In this document: in pieces, positions 17,537 through 26,497 of the stretch | Layout of the letters: each line of letters opens with the position of its first letter | Numbering within the stretch: the stretch's first letter is position 1 | IMG/VR virus record: IMGVR_UViG_3300006076_000003 | Span: 22,602 to 86,601 of that record | Length of the DNA stretch: 64,000 nucleotides | Source: a virus | Strand: one strand, 5' to 3' | Translations under genes and position numbers: made by a program | The notes under the pieces: model-generated | The model's input: the letters and a program-made list of their open reading frames with translations, nothing else | Databases searched by the model: none | What the model was told of the DNA's origin: nothing

Positions 17537-18313
17537 ATGTCAGATATAACACAAAAACAATTAAAGGAAAAATACACTTATAACCCAGATACTGGGTTAT
17601 TCTATACTAACAAAGACTGGGGTAAATTTAAAAAAGGCACAGCAGTAGGTTATATACATAAAAATGGTTATATAATTGTAGATGTAATTGTTAAAGGTAG
17701 GACCAAAAAGTATAAAGCTCATAGATTAGCATGGTTATACATGTATGGTAAATTTCCAAACAAAGACCTTGTGATTGATCATATAAATCAAATTAGAACT
17801 GATAATAGAATTATTAATTTACGTGTTGTTAATAAATCTATGAATCGTAGAAATTGTTCCACTAATAGTTTAAATACAAGTGGTGTTACAGGAGTGACGT
17901 ATCAAAAGGATAGAAATAGATGGTATGCGTATATTAAGATTAATGGAAAAATGAAAAGTTTAGGGAGACATAAAACTTTTGAAGAAGCTGTCATAGCGAG
18001 AAAGGAGGCTGAACGCGTACTGGGCTTCTCTGCTAATCATGGTAGCCCACGCAAAGTTGTTGATGCTATATCCTGGACTGAACAGATTAAAGAAAATGCA
18101 AATTACACTTGCAGTATTTGTGGTAGTAAAGATAGTATAGTTGCACATCATTTACAATCTATTGATATAGAACGACCTGAAACATATAAGTTACGTTATG
18201 ATATAGATAACGGAGTATGTTTGTGTAGCGATTGCCATATTAAATTCCACAAGGAATATGGATATGGTAACAATACTACAGAACAATTTAATGAATATAT
18301 AAGGAGCAAATAA
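17537..18313 (+). CDS. Homing endonuclease HNH-AP2-HNH
   Basis: AHRLAW..IDHINQIRTDNRIINLR (HNH), NTSGVTGV..WYAYI..SLG..EEA..AR (AP2), CSIC..HH..NGVCLCSDCH.KFH (second HNH). Confidence 0.9.
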   Translation: MSDITQKQLKEKYTYNPDTGLFYTNKDWGKFKKGTAVGYIHKNGYIIVDVIVKGRTKKYKAHRLAWLYMYGKFPNKDLVIDHINQIRTDNRIINLRVVNKSMNRRNCSTNSLNTSGVTGVTYQKDRNRWYAYIKINGKMKSLGRHKTFEEAVIARKEAERVLGFSANHGSPRKVVDAISWTEQIKENANYTCSICGSKDSIVAHHLQSIDIERPETYKLRYDIDNGVCLCSDCHIKFHKEYGYGNNTTEQFNEYIRSK

Positions 18314-19218
18314 TGGCAAGTGGAGATTCACTAATACCAAATGGAGTAATAGATTCATTTAAATTATCAAATAAAGCGATAACAATACACAATGGAGTTA
18401 GAACAACTAATGCTGGGGAAAGCTATACCTCGTTTATACCGACAAACAGTATGGTCAGTAATAATGTGACAATGCCAGATGAACCTTCAAATAATGTAAT
18501 TCTTATTAGTTACACAGCTTCAAACACACCTCTAACACAATCTACACCAAAACCAATAGATTATGTTGAAGGGAAAGTAACATTTAGCAATAGCCACTCA
18601 ATTTATAGAGCTGGTAACATAACTAATATGTTAGGTAAAGTTGCAGTGGGTGATGGTGAGATTGATTTTGAGAGTAATCAAGTAAATAATTTATTGTTAG
18701 ATGAAAACGGTAGTATAGTTACTAATCCTTCTCACATAGCGCCTCAGCTTAGTTCAAGTAGCTCACCAGCAAGTAAATCATTTTACACAACAGCTGTTGA
18801 AGATGATAGTGTATTTGACCAAGTGTTTGTGCAAGAAATGGTTTGGGATTTTGATGTTGACTCTGGATATTATGATGCAGTAAATGTTGGAAGTAGCGAT
18901 GATAAACATGACTATACAAGTGGTACACTTTATCGATGGGACAGTGGAGCTTTGGACGGTAGATCTGGATTTGCTTTAAAAGATTTTACAGATTTTGCAA
19001 TAACTGGAGTGAACAATAGAACACTTATACACGAAAATGGTATAGATTACATTGTAGATTCTTCTAATAGTAAAGATTTTAGATTATGGAATGGTACAGG
19101 TTTTGGTGATACAGGTAAATTTGACAGTCTAACAAACGGTGTAACAACTGACTTAAACAACAAACAATGTAAAACAGTTGTAGCAAGTGCAGAAACACAA
19201 TTTAGGAGTATTCAATGA
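18313..19218 (+). CDS. Tail/receptor-binding protein, C-terminal part
   Basis: Starts GDSLIPNG..SFKLSNKA; ends G.GFGD.GKF...TTDLN; RBS lies inside the HNH gene's end. Confidence 0.75.
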   Translation: MASGDSLIPNGVIDSFKLSNKAITIHNGVRTTNAGESYTSFIPTNSMVSNNVTMPDEPSNNVILISYTASNTPLTQSTPKPIDYVEGKVTFSNSHSIYRAGNITNMLGKVAVGDGEIDFESNQVNNLLLDENGSIVTNPSHIAPQLSSSSSPASKSFYTTAVEDDSVFDQVFVQEMVWDFDVDSGYYDAVNVGSSDDKHDYTSGTLYRWDSGALDGRSGFALKDFTDFAITGVNNRTLIHENGIDYIVDSSNSKDFRLWNGTGFGDTGKFDSLTNGVTTDLNNKQCKTVVASAETQFRSIQ

Positions 19219-19973
19219 ATAATGTAGAACAACGATTAGAACACCAATTAAAAAATGGTAGAGTAGAGTTAGCGAAAGCTACTCTACAAGAAAAATATAG
19301 CATTGAAACCAAAGATGCTTGGTTAGCTGAAATGCAAAAAGAGTATAATGAGATTTTTCCAGAATTCAGAGAACCAACTCAAGAAGAAATTGATGAACAA
19401 TACGAAAAAGTTAAAGATCAAATTGCAAAAGAAGATTTTGAACCAGAATTAATAAAAATTGACTATTCAGATGACCCAAACTACAAAACATTTGATGAAT
19501 GGTTAAGCGAGACAAAAGTTGTAAAAGAAGCAGTATTGGATGAAGAGGGAAATATTCTTGAACCTGAAGTTACAGAATTAGTTCGACCTTATGTTGAACC
19601 AAAAGGTAAAATTGAAAAAGAAGTTGAATATTATATTGAACATTCTGAGCTATATAAAAACTTTTTAAAACAACAAAAGATTAAAAAACTAAATGAACTC
19701 AAAATAACATCCAACAGTGTAGCTTATGATGCAAATGGTAAAGCAATTGGTAATATGAGTGCAGTAGTTAGTTTGGCTAATGCTAAATTTAATGCCTCAC
19801 TAGCAAATGGTATAGCACCAGATGTGGCGTATAGAGTAATTTATAAAGATAAAAAGATAGGTTGGAAAAATGCTAATAATGATATTTCTATGGTACAAGT
19901 AGAAAGTATAGTTGAAGCACTTGAAAAATCTATGTATGAAATTGCTAAAGTTGTAGGTGTTGCTGAAAAATGA
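19215..19973 (+). CDS. Tail fibre assembly/chaperone (DUF4376-like C-terminus)
   Basis: YDANGKAIGNM...WKNANN pattern; follows fibre gene. Confidence 0.6.
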   Translation: MNNVEQRLEHQLKNGRVELAKATLQEKYSIETKDAWLAEMQKEYNEIFPEFREPTQEEIDEQYEKVKDQIAKEDFEPELIKIDYSDDPNYKTFDEWLSETKVVKEAVLDEEGNILEPEVTELVRPYVEPKGKIEKEVEYYIEHSELYKNFLKQQKIKKLNELKITSNSVAYDANGKAIGNMSAVVSLANAKFNASLANGIAPDVAYRVIYKDKKIGWKNANNDISMVQVESIVEALEKSMYEIAKVVGVAEK

Positions 19974-20422
19974 TTAGCATAGCATTTTATAAAGGAAAAG
20001 GTGATTGGACAGATAAACTAATTCGATGGTGGACTAAAAGTCCTTACAGTCATGTAGAATTAGTGATTGGTGACCCAAAAGATGGTGATTGGATAAGTAC
20101 AAGTCCAAGAACAATGAGACTTGAAAAAAGGCATATCAATTATAAACCTGAAAATTGGGACGTTATACAAATTAATGAAGAAATTTGTGACTTAAATGTA
20201 TATAGAGTGCAAAAACTATATATTAAATATAAACTTGTTTCTTATGACTGGTTCGGGATATTTTTTAGTCAAATAATACCACTCAATAAAGATAACAAAA
20301 ATAAGTTATTTTGCAGTGAATGGGTGATGACTTGTTTATTAGTCAAAGACCCAAATAAGTACAGTCCTGGAGATGTCTACCAATACTGTAAAGACAAAAA
20401 TTATTTTAAAGGAAAATTATGA
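19970..20422 (+). CDS. Permuted papain-like (YiiX/NlpC-P60) protein
   Basis: IRWWTKSPYSHVEL...YDWFG...FCSEW...SPGD. Confidence 0.75.
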   Translation: MISIAFYKGKGDWTDKLIRWWTKSPYSHVELVIGDPKDGDWISTSPRTMRLEKRHINYKPENWDVIQINEEICDLNVYRVQKLYIKYKLVSYDWFGIFFSQIIPLNKDNKNKLFCSEWVMTCLLVKDPNKYSPGDVYQYCKDKNYFKGKL

Positions 20423-20709
20423 GAAATATTATTGATTTCTTTAAACAAACTGATAAACAAAAACATGCAGTATTTAGTTTTTTATTGACTTTAGCAACAT
20501 TTTTTATTCTTAATGTTTTTACAGTTTCAATTAATTACTCAGTAATATTTAGTTTTTTAGCTGTGTCATTAATTGGGTTTAGTAAAGAAATTTGGGATTA
20601 TTACGGATGGTTTAATCATAAAGGAACTGCTGATGTATACGATTTAATAGCAGATTTAATAGGTACTTTATTGGCTGAGTTAATTTTGATTATAACATTT
20701 GTTATCTAA
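20419..20709 (+). CDS. VanZ/DUF2279-like membrane protein
   Basis: DKQKH...KEIWD...DLIADLIG with transmembrane helices. Confidence 0.65.
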   Translation: MRNIIDFFKQTDKQKHAVFSFLLTLATFFILNVFTVSINYSVIFSFLAVSLIGFSKEIWDYYGWFNHKGTADVYDLIADLIGTLLAELILIITFVI

Positions 20710-20721
20710 AAAGGAAAATAT

Positions 20722-20947
20722 AATGACAAAAGAACAACTTTTAAATAAAGAACGGTTAGAAGTTAATGAAAAACTTGAAAATCTAACCAAAAAATTGGAT
20801 TTTACAGATGCTAAAATCACTGAATTGATAAATATTTTTCGCGAAGCTAAGATTAAAAGACTTTTAACTTGCCCAGAAAAAGTTGAAGATTTAGAGCAAC
20901 GTGTTAAAGCTTTGGAAGAAAGATTATTGAATGGAACAAACACTTAG
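20722..20947 (+). CDS. Coiled-coil hypothetical protein
   Basis: ORF 20699-20947; likely start MTKEQ after AAGGA (start coordinate approximate). Confidence 0.6.
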
Positions 20948-21335
20948 TTATGATGCTTTATTCTACATAGGAAGTTCTGTTATTACTTTGGTAATGGCAG
21001 CTACCTATGTAAAATTCAAACAGCAAGATTTAGACGAAAAAGTTAAACAAAATTCTAAGAACTTAGCAGAGTTAACAACCTTTATGCAAAATAAAAGACC
21101 TATGTTAGACCATTTTAACAAGATAGAAAATGCTTTTGGTAAAAAGATTGATGAACATTCTAATGGAATAACAACTCTCAAAGAAAAAATATCCCAAACA
21201 ATATCTTACAAAGAAGTCTAAGAAGATTTTGTTAAAAGGAATGAACTTCAATTACACCTTGAAAAGATTGAAGTTGAATATAAAGCTCTCGGTAGATATA
21301 TAAAACGACTTGAAAGGATGCTAAATGACAGCTAA
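20931..21335 (+). pseudogene. TM + coiled-coil lysis-region gene interrupted by an in-frame TAA at 21219-21221
   Basis: Frame continues EDFVKRNELQLHLEKIEVEYKALGRYIKRLERMLNDS to TAA at 21335, overlapping the next start. Confidence 0.6.
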
Positions 21336-21528
21336 AGAAAAGTCCAAACAACGCAGTATATTCTTTTGGGTAAGTGTTAGTTATATACTTTTAATGACAA
21401 CTGTATTATTTATCTTTCAAATTTTAGATTATAAGGTAAATGATTTTCTTCCTATATTTGCTAATACAACAGCGTTCTTGGGAAGTTTAGGTATAACTAA
21501 CTATTTAACAACTCCAAAGGATACATAA
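21325..21528 (+). CDS. Putative holin
   Basis: 67 aa, two TM segments, basic N-terminus, in lysis cluster. Confidence 0.6.
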   Translation: MTAKEKSKQRSIFFWVSVSYILLMTTVLFIFQILDYKVNDFLPIFANTTAFLGSLGITNYLTTPKDT

Positions 21529-21806
21529 TGCACAACTTTGATATGAATGGTGATGACAGAATTACTATTTTTGATTTATTGAAGTGGTTGTGGTTTGAAA
21601 TTAGACACGGAAATTTTTTCGTAATTTCTTTTATTTTATTCTTAGTTTATTATTTTGGTATTCCATTTTATAAACAAATTACAACCAAACAAGTAAAAAT
21701 AGAACAGAACACTAAAAAACTTCAAGAAGAACTTGATCAATTAAAAGATAAAATGGTAAATATGCAGAATAGGAGGTACGGAGTTGTTGGAACTACTACT
21801 TTCTAG
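21528..21806 (+). CDS. TM + coiled-coil protein (i-spanin-like)
   Basis: One TM then coiled coil; N-terminal DMNGDDRITIFD. Confidence 0.5.
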   Translation: MHNFDMNGDDRITIFDLLKWLWFEIRHGNFFVISFILFLVYYFGIPFYKQITTKQVKIEQNTKKLQEELDQLKDKMVNMQNRRYGVVGTTTF

Positions 21807-22107
21807 TATAATTTTATTTGGTGGTGGATATGCTTATAGATTTTATACAGAACCAAAAGTTGAGTGTAAATCTATAAAATTCGATTATCCAAAGTATTTA
21901 ACAAAAAGAGAACATGCTCAAACAGATTGTTTTGAAGGTTTTGATGCAGGACAGATAAATATATGTAAAATACCTTATCCAAGAGCAATTGTAAATTTAA
22001 AAGAGTATGAATCTGGTGTTCAAGAATGTAATCAATTAAGAGTCTATCTACGTTCTTGTGTAAACACAATTGATAAGTATAATAAAAATAAGGAAATATT
22101 AAAATGA
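21784..22107 (+). CDS. Membrane-anchored Cys-rich protein (spanin-like)
   Basis: N-terminal hydrophobic segment, 5 Cys, directly before endolysin. Confidence 0.45.
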   Translation: MLELLLSSIILFGGGYAYRFYTEPKVECKSIKFDYPKYLTKREHAQTDCFEGFDAGQINICKIPYPRAIVNLKEYESGVQECNQLRVYLRSCVNTIDKYNKNKEILK

Positions 22108-22499
22108 ATATGATTAACTCTATTAAAATTGAAGAAGGTTTTAGTGGTTTACCATACGATGATACTGAAGGTATTTTAACAATTGGGTATGGGACTAAAT
22201 TACCACTAACAGAAATAGAAGGTGAGATGCTATTAAGGCATCGCCTATCAATTATAGAAGCAAGTTTATCTACAAGACAACCTATATATAATACTTTACC
22301 TGAAGAAGCAAAGGAAGTGCTACTTAGTATGGCCTATCAACTAGGTGTTAATGGTGTATTAAAGTTTAAGCGTATGTGGAAAAATTTAAAAAATTATGAT
22401 TATGAAGCTGCAGCATATGAAATGTTAGATAGCAAGTGGGCTATACAAACACCAAATAGAGCTAATAGATTAGCAGATAGAATGCGAAATGTGGTATAA
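22104..22499 (+). CDS. Endolysin, T4-type lysozyme (GH24)
   Basis: EEG...YDDTEG..TIGYG catalytic E/D/T; AAYEMLDSKWAIQTPNRANRL. Confidence 0.92.
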   Translation: MNMINSIKIEEGFSGLPYDDTEGILTIGYGTKLPLTEIEGEMLLRHRLSIIEASLSTRQPIYNTLPEEAKEVLLSMAYQLGVNGVLKFKRMWKNLKNYDYEAAAYEMLDSKWAIQTPNRANRLADRMRNVV

Positions 22500-22529
22500 T
22501 GCAAAAAACTATTGTAAAGAGAATGTTAA

Positions 22530-24500
22530 ATGCAAATAAATAAAAATCAAATATTAACATCCTTAAAAGCCGATTTAGCTAATTCTAAAACATTTCATGA
22601 TGAATGGAGAATTAAGGTTGATAAGTATAAACGTGAAACTTATGCTAAACCGTATGGAAATGAGAGAAAAGGTAAATCACGTATTGTAAGTGCTGATATA
22701 AAAAGGCAACTTGAAAGTATGATACCTTCTATCATTGATCCATTTGTATCATCACCAGAAGTATTTAAATGCTATCCAGTTACTTTTGAAGACACAGAAG
22801 CAGCAAGGCAAAATGAATTATTGCTAAACACACAATTCGTTAGGAAATTTAATCGATACAACTTCATTAATAAAGCTTGTAGAGTACTTGCTACTGAAGG
22901 TACAGTAGTTATACAAACTGGTTGGGAAACTGTTGAAAAACAAGTTAAAGATATTGTTGAAATTATTGAAGTTTTGCCTGATGGTACTGAATATATTACT
23001 GAAAAAGAAGTGATGCGTACTGTCAAAGTAAAAAATCAACCAACAGCAATAATTCGCAGAAATGAAGATATATTCTTTGATCCTACTGCAATGGATGAAC
23101 AGGATAAAATGCAATTTGTTATTGTACGCTATGAAGCAGATTACAGCACATTGAAAAAAGAAGGAAAGTATAAAAATTTAGAAAAAGCATTTATGCCTGA
23201 TCCTAATTGGGATGGTAGTTATATACCTGAAGATACAACATATTTTAAATTTAAAGATAAAGCAAGAAAAAAAGCAGTTGTGTATGAATACTGGGGTAAG
23301 TACGATATTAACAATGATGGTATTGTAGAGAATATTGTTTGTACTTGGATTGGTGATACAATCATTAGATTAGAAGATAATCCATATCCAAATGGTGAAT
23401 TACCATTTATTATTGTACCATTTAGCACTATACCATTTCAATTGCCTGGTGAAGCTTTAGCAGAAAATATAGGCGATAATCAAAAAGTTAAAACAGCATT
23501 GATTAGAGGTACAATTGACAATCTTGCTGCAAGTAACAATGGACAAATTGGTATTAGACAAGGTGCTTTAAACCCAATTAATAAAAAAAGATTTTTAAGT
23601 GGTGATAATTTTGAATATGCTGGTACAGTAAACGACTTTTGGCAAGGTAACTATAATCAAATACCAAGTAGTGTATTTAATGTTATGTCATTGATGAATG
23701 CTGAGATTGAAAGTCAAACAGGGGTACGTTCTGCTGGAGCATTAGCTGGTAATGGTGCTTTAGGTGAAACAGCAACAGCAGCAAAAGGAGCAATGGATGT
23801 TTATGCTATGCGAACATTAAATATTGTTCGTAATATTGCAGAAAATTTAATGAAACCACTTGCACGTAAATGGATGGCTTACAACTCTGAATTTTTAGAA
23901 CCAGAAGAGGTTGTTAGAGTAACAAATAGTCAATTTGTACCTGTAAGGCGTGATGACTTATCTGGTAGAGTTGATATTGATATAACAATTAATACAGCAG
24001 AAGATAATGCTGCACGTAGACAAGAACTGTCATTCTTATTGCAAACACTTGGTAATACTATCCCATTTGAAATGACACAGCAAATACTTGCAGAAATTGT
24101 TAAACTTAGTAAAAATCCTAAATTAGAAAAAGAAATAAAAGAATTTCAACCACCTAAAGATCCATTACAAGACGCTCTTAAACAATTAGAAATAACAAAA
24201 ATACAATTAGAAAATGAACGATTAAAAGCTGAAATAGCAGATAAATATGCAAGAGTAGATGAAAATAAAGTAGATGTAGAATTAAAATTACGCAAAGCAG
24301 AAGTAGAAGCTGCTAAAGCAAGAAAACTTAATAAAGATGCTGATAAAACTGAATTAGATGTTATAGATAAAAATTATGGTTTTAAAGCACAATTTGAAGC
24401 AGAAGAAAAAGAAAGAGAAAGACAACACCAAGTTGAAATGGCTAAGATTCAGGCTATGCTTGGTGGACCAAATGAACAAATAGGAGTAACAGAAAAATGA
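22530..24500 (+). CDS. Portal protein (N4 gp59-like)
   Basis: KGKSRIV..DIKRQ, PVTFED..AARQNELLLNTQF, VYEYWG.YDINNDG, EEVVRVTN. Confidence 0.95.
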   Translation: MQINKNQILTSLKADLANSKTFHDEWRIKVDKYKRETYAKPYGNERKGKSRIVSADIKRQLESMIPSIIDPFVSSPEVFKCYPVTFEDTEAARQNELLLNTQFVRKFNRYNFINKACRVLATEGTVVIQTGWETVEKQVKDIVEIIEVLPDGTEYITEKEVMRTVKVKNQPTAIIRRNEDIFFDPTAMDEQDKMQFVIVRYEADYSTLKKEGKYKNLEKAFMPDPNWDGSYIPEDTTYFKFKDKARKKAVVYEYWGKYDINNDGIVENIVCTWIGDTIIRLEDNPYPNGELPFIIVPFSTIPFQLPGEALAENIGDNQKVKTALIRGTIDNLAASNNGQIGIRQGALNPINKKRFLSGDNFEYAGTVNDFWQGNYNQIPSSVFNVMSLMNAEIESQTGVRSAGALAGNGALGETATAAKGAMDVYAMRTLNIVRNIAENLMKPLARKWMAYNSEFLEPEEVVRVTNSQFVPVRRDDLSGRVDIDITINTAEDNAARRQELSFLLQTLGNTIPFEMTQQILAEIVKLSKNPKLEKEIKEFQPPKDPLQDALKQLEITKIQLENERLKAEIADKYARVDENKVDVELKLRKAEVEAAKARKLNKDADKTELDVIDKNYGFKAQFEAEEKERERQHQVEMAKIQAMLGGPNEQIGVTEK

Positions 24501-24889
24501 ATCCATACTTAGACCCAAATACAACAATAGTTGAAGCTGCCACTAATCAGGAGCTTGGTAAAAATTATAGAATGGCTAAAGAACGCCAATTAGGTGCTAA
24601 ACAATATAGAGATGCTTTAGCTCAAAAAGCAATTGCAGCTCAACAAGCAGAACAACAACAACTAGCTCAACAGTCAGCATTTGCACAACAACAGCAGCAG
24701 CAACCACAACAACCTGTTGGTATAGGACATGTATCACAAGAAGCCATTCAAAAGTGGATTGATGAACAGATTGCTAAAGGTGTACCAATTCAAACTATTA
24801 AACAGCAATTAGCTCAAATATTAGGGCAAGCTGATGGTACTGCACAGGTGAACCCACAATCAGCATCAGCATTTAGTCAGACTGTTTAA
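24497..24889 (+). CDS. Gln-rich hypothetical protein
   Basis: 130 aa with poly-Q tract. Confidence 0.65.
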   Translation: MNPYLDPNTTIVEAATNQELGKNYRMAKERQLGAKQYRDALAQKAIAAQQAEQQQLAQQSAFAQQQQQQPQQPVGIGHVSQEAIQKWIDEQIAKGVPIQTIKQQLAQILGQADGTAQVNPQSASAFSQTV

Positions 24890-24897
24890 GTATCTAT

Positions 24898-24930
24898 TAA
24901 GCTTTAGGAAGATAAAATTCCTTAAGCTTA
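24898..24930 (+). terminator. Intergenic hairpin
   Basis: taagctttaggaa-gataaaa-ttccttaagctta. Confidence 0.5.
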
Positions 24931-24961
24931 CTTTAAAGCTAAATAATTATAAAGGAATCGA

Positions 24962-25276
24962 ATGAATTCGAATAACCAAAACATATCACTTAATGCAGAG
25001 TTAGAAACAACTTCAAATGAGTATTGGGTAGAGCAATATGAAGCTCTTCAAAGACTTAAAGAAAATCCTGATTTTCAAAAAGTAATTTTAGAAGGTTACT
25101 TTAAAGATAAAGCTATTGCAAGTACAAGTATGTTAGCAACAGAATATGTTCGTCAAACAGGTACTCGTGGAGTAGTTGTGGAAGAACTTATTGCTATTAG
25201 CCATCTTGAGAATAGATTTCATACTATTGAAAATCTTGGTGCTCCTGTTGAAGAAGAAGAATTAGAGGAAGCATAA
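24962..25276 (+). CDS. N4 gp58-like protein
   Basis: ALQRLKENPDFQKVILEGYF; synteny. Confidence 0.75.
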   Translation: MNSNNQNISLNAELETTSNEYWVEQYEALQRLKENPDFQKVILEGYFKDKAIASTSMLATEYVRQTGTRGVVVEELIAISHLENRFHTIENLGAPVEEEELEEA

Positions 25277-25277
25277 T

Positions 25278-26477
25278 ATGCCAAATACTATTACTGAAGA
25301 TGAACTCTATGATATGAGTGATGAAGAATTAGAAGCTTTAAGAAAACAAACGGCAGAACAAGAAGTTGATGTTGAACCATCTACAGAAGTTCAGCCTGAA
25401 CCTTCTGCTGATGAGCAAGGAGAAGTTGTTCAACAAGAAAGTGTGGAAGAAAACAATGTTGATTTGGAACAACCTATTGAAAATGAGGATTCCAAAGAAA
25501 CTATTGAAACTGACAATCCTACACAGGAATTAGAAAATAAAATTGATGAACAACAAAAAGAACCTGTTGAACAGACTCAGGAACAAGAAGAACAACCTGA
25601 AAAATCTGAACAACAATTAAGTTCAAAACGAAAATTTAAAGCTGTCGGTAAAGAATTTGAATTTACTGATGATGAGATACTGCAACAATTTCCAACAGTA
25701 TTTGCTCAAGCCATGGATTATAGGCGTAAAACACAAGCTATTGCTCCTTGGCGTAAGACAATAGATGCTATTGAAACTGCAGGATTAAGTCACGATGATA
25801 TTAATTTAGCTATCGATGTTTTAAAAGGTAATAAAGACGCAATTACTGAAGTGCTTAAAAAACATGAGATTGATACAATGGCTATTGATCCAGATACACA
25901 TCAAGGGTATAAACCAAATGATTATGGTAGAGATCCATCAGTAATTGAAGTTGAAAACACTATTAAAGAATTATCTGAAGATCCTGACTTTATGAAAACT
26001 GAAAAAGTTTTAGGACAAGAGTGGGATGATAAATCAATGCAAGAAATTTATCAAAATCCAGAGTATATCAGATACATTCATGAAGATATTAAAAATGGTG
26101 TTTATGATAGACTTGCTCCTGAGGCACAAAAGTTAAAAGTTTTTGATGGTGGTAGAAAATCTGATATAGAATACTATCAAGAAGCTGTACGACTAGATGC
26201 ACTACGTGCTCAAGAACAACAATTAAAAATAACTGCTGAAGAATCTATTCGTAAGCAAGAAGAGGCTCAAAGAGCTGAACAAGAGCGTATAGCAAAAATT
26301 AAAGCAGCTGAAGAAGCACGTAGAAGAGAGCAAGAATTGGATGAAAAACGTAAGGCTGCTACTATTAATACACAAGCAAGTAATGGTAGTAAAGTTACAG
26401 ATTACTTAGATGCTTTAGATGATGATGAAGGCTTTAAAGCATTCTATGCTAAAGCAATGGGTATTAACTTAGAATAA
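25278..26477 (+). CDS. N4 gp57-like acidic protein (scaffold / 'tape measure')
   Basis: FKAVGKE, DYRRKTQ, WDDKS; directly upstream of capsid. Confidence 0.8.
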   Translation: MPNTITEDELYDMSDEELEALRKQTAEQEVDVEPSTEVQPEPSADEQGEVVQQESVEENNVDLEQPIENEDSKETIETDNPTQELENKIDEQQKEPVEQTQEQEEQPEKSEQQLSSKRKFKAVGKEFEFTDDEILQQFPTVFAQAMDYRRKTQAIAPWRKTIDAIETAGLSHDDINLAIDVLKGNKDAITEVLKKHEIDTMAIDPDTHQGYKPNDYGRDPSVIEVENTIKELSEDPDFMKTEKVLGQEWDDKSMQEIYQNPEYIRYIHEDIKNGVYDRLAPEAQKLKVFDGGRKSDIEYYQEAVRLDALRAQEQQLKITAEESIRKQEEAQRAEQERIAKIKAAEEARRREQELDEKRKAATINTQASNGSKVTDYLDALDDDEGFKAFYAKAMGINLE

Positions 26478-26497
26478 AATAATAAAGGTAAACCACA

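Noticed and set aside
17513-18320. Group I intron around the HNH gene
   Set aside because: Only 13 nt upstream and no non-coding sequence downstream, so no room for a ribozyme core.
21219-21221. Genome-wide stop-codon reassignment
   Set aside because: Only one interrupted gene; TAA, TAG and TGA all end normal genes and coding density is high with code 11.
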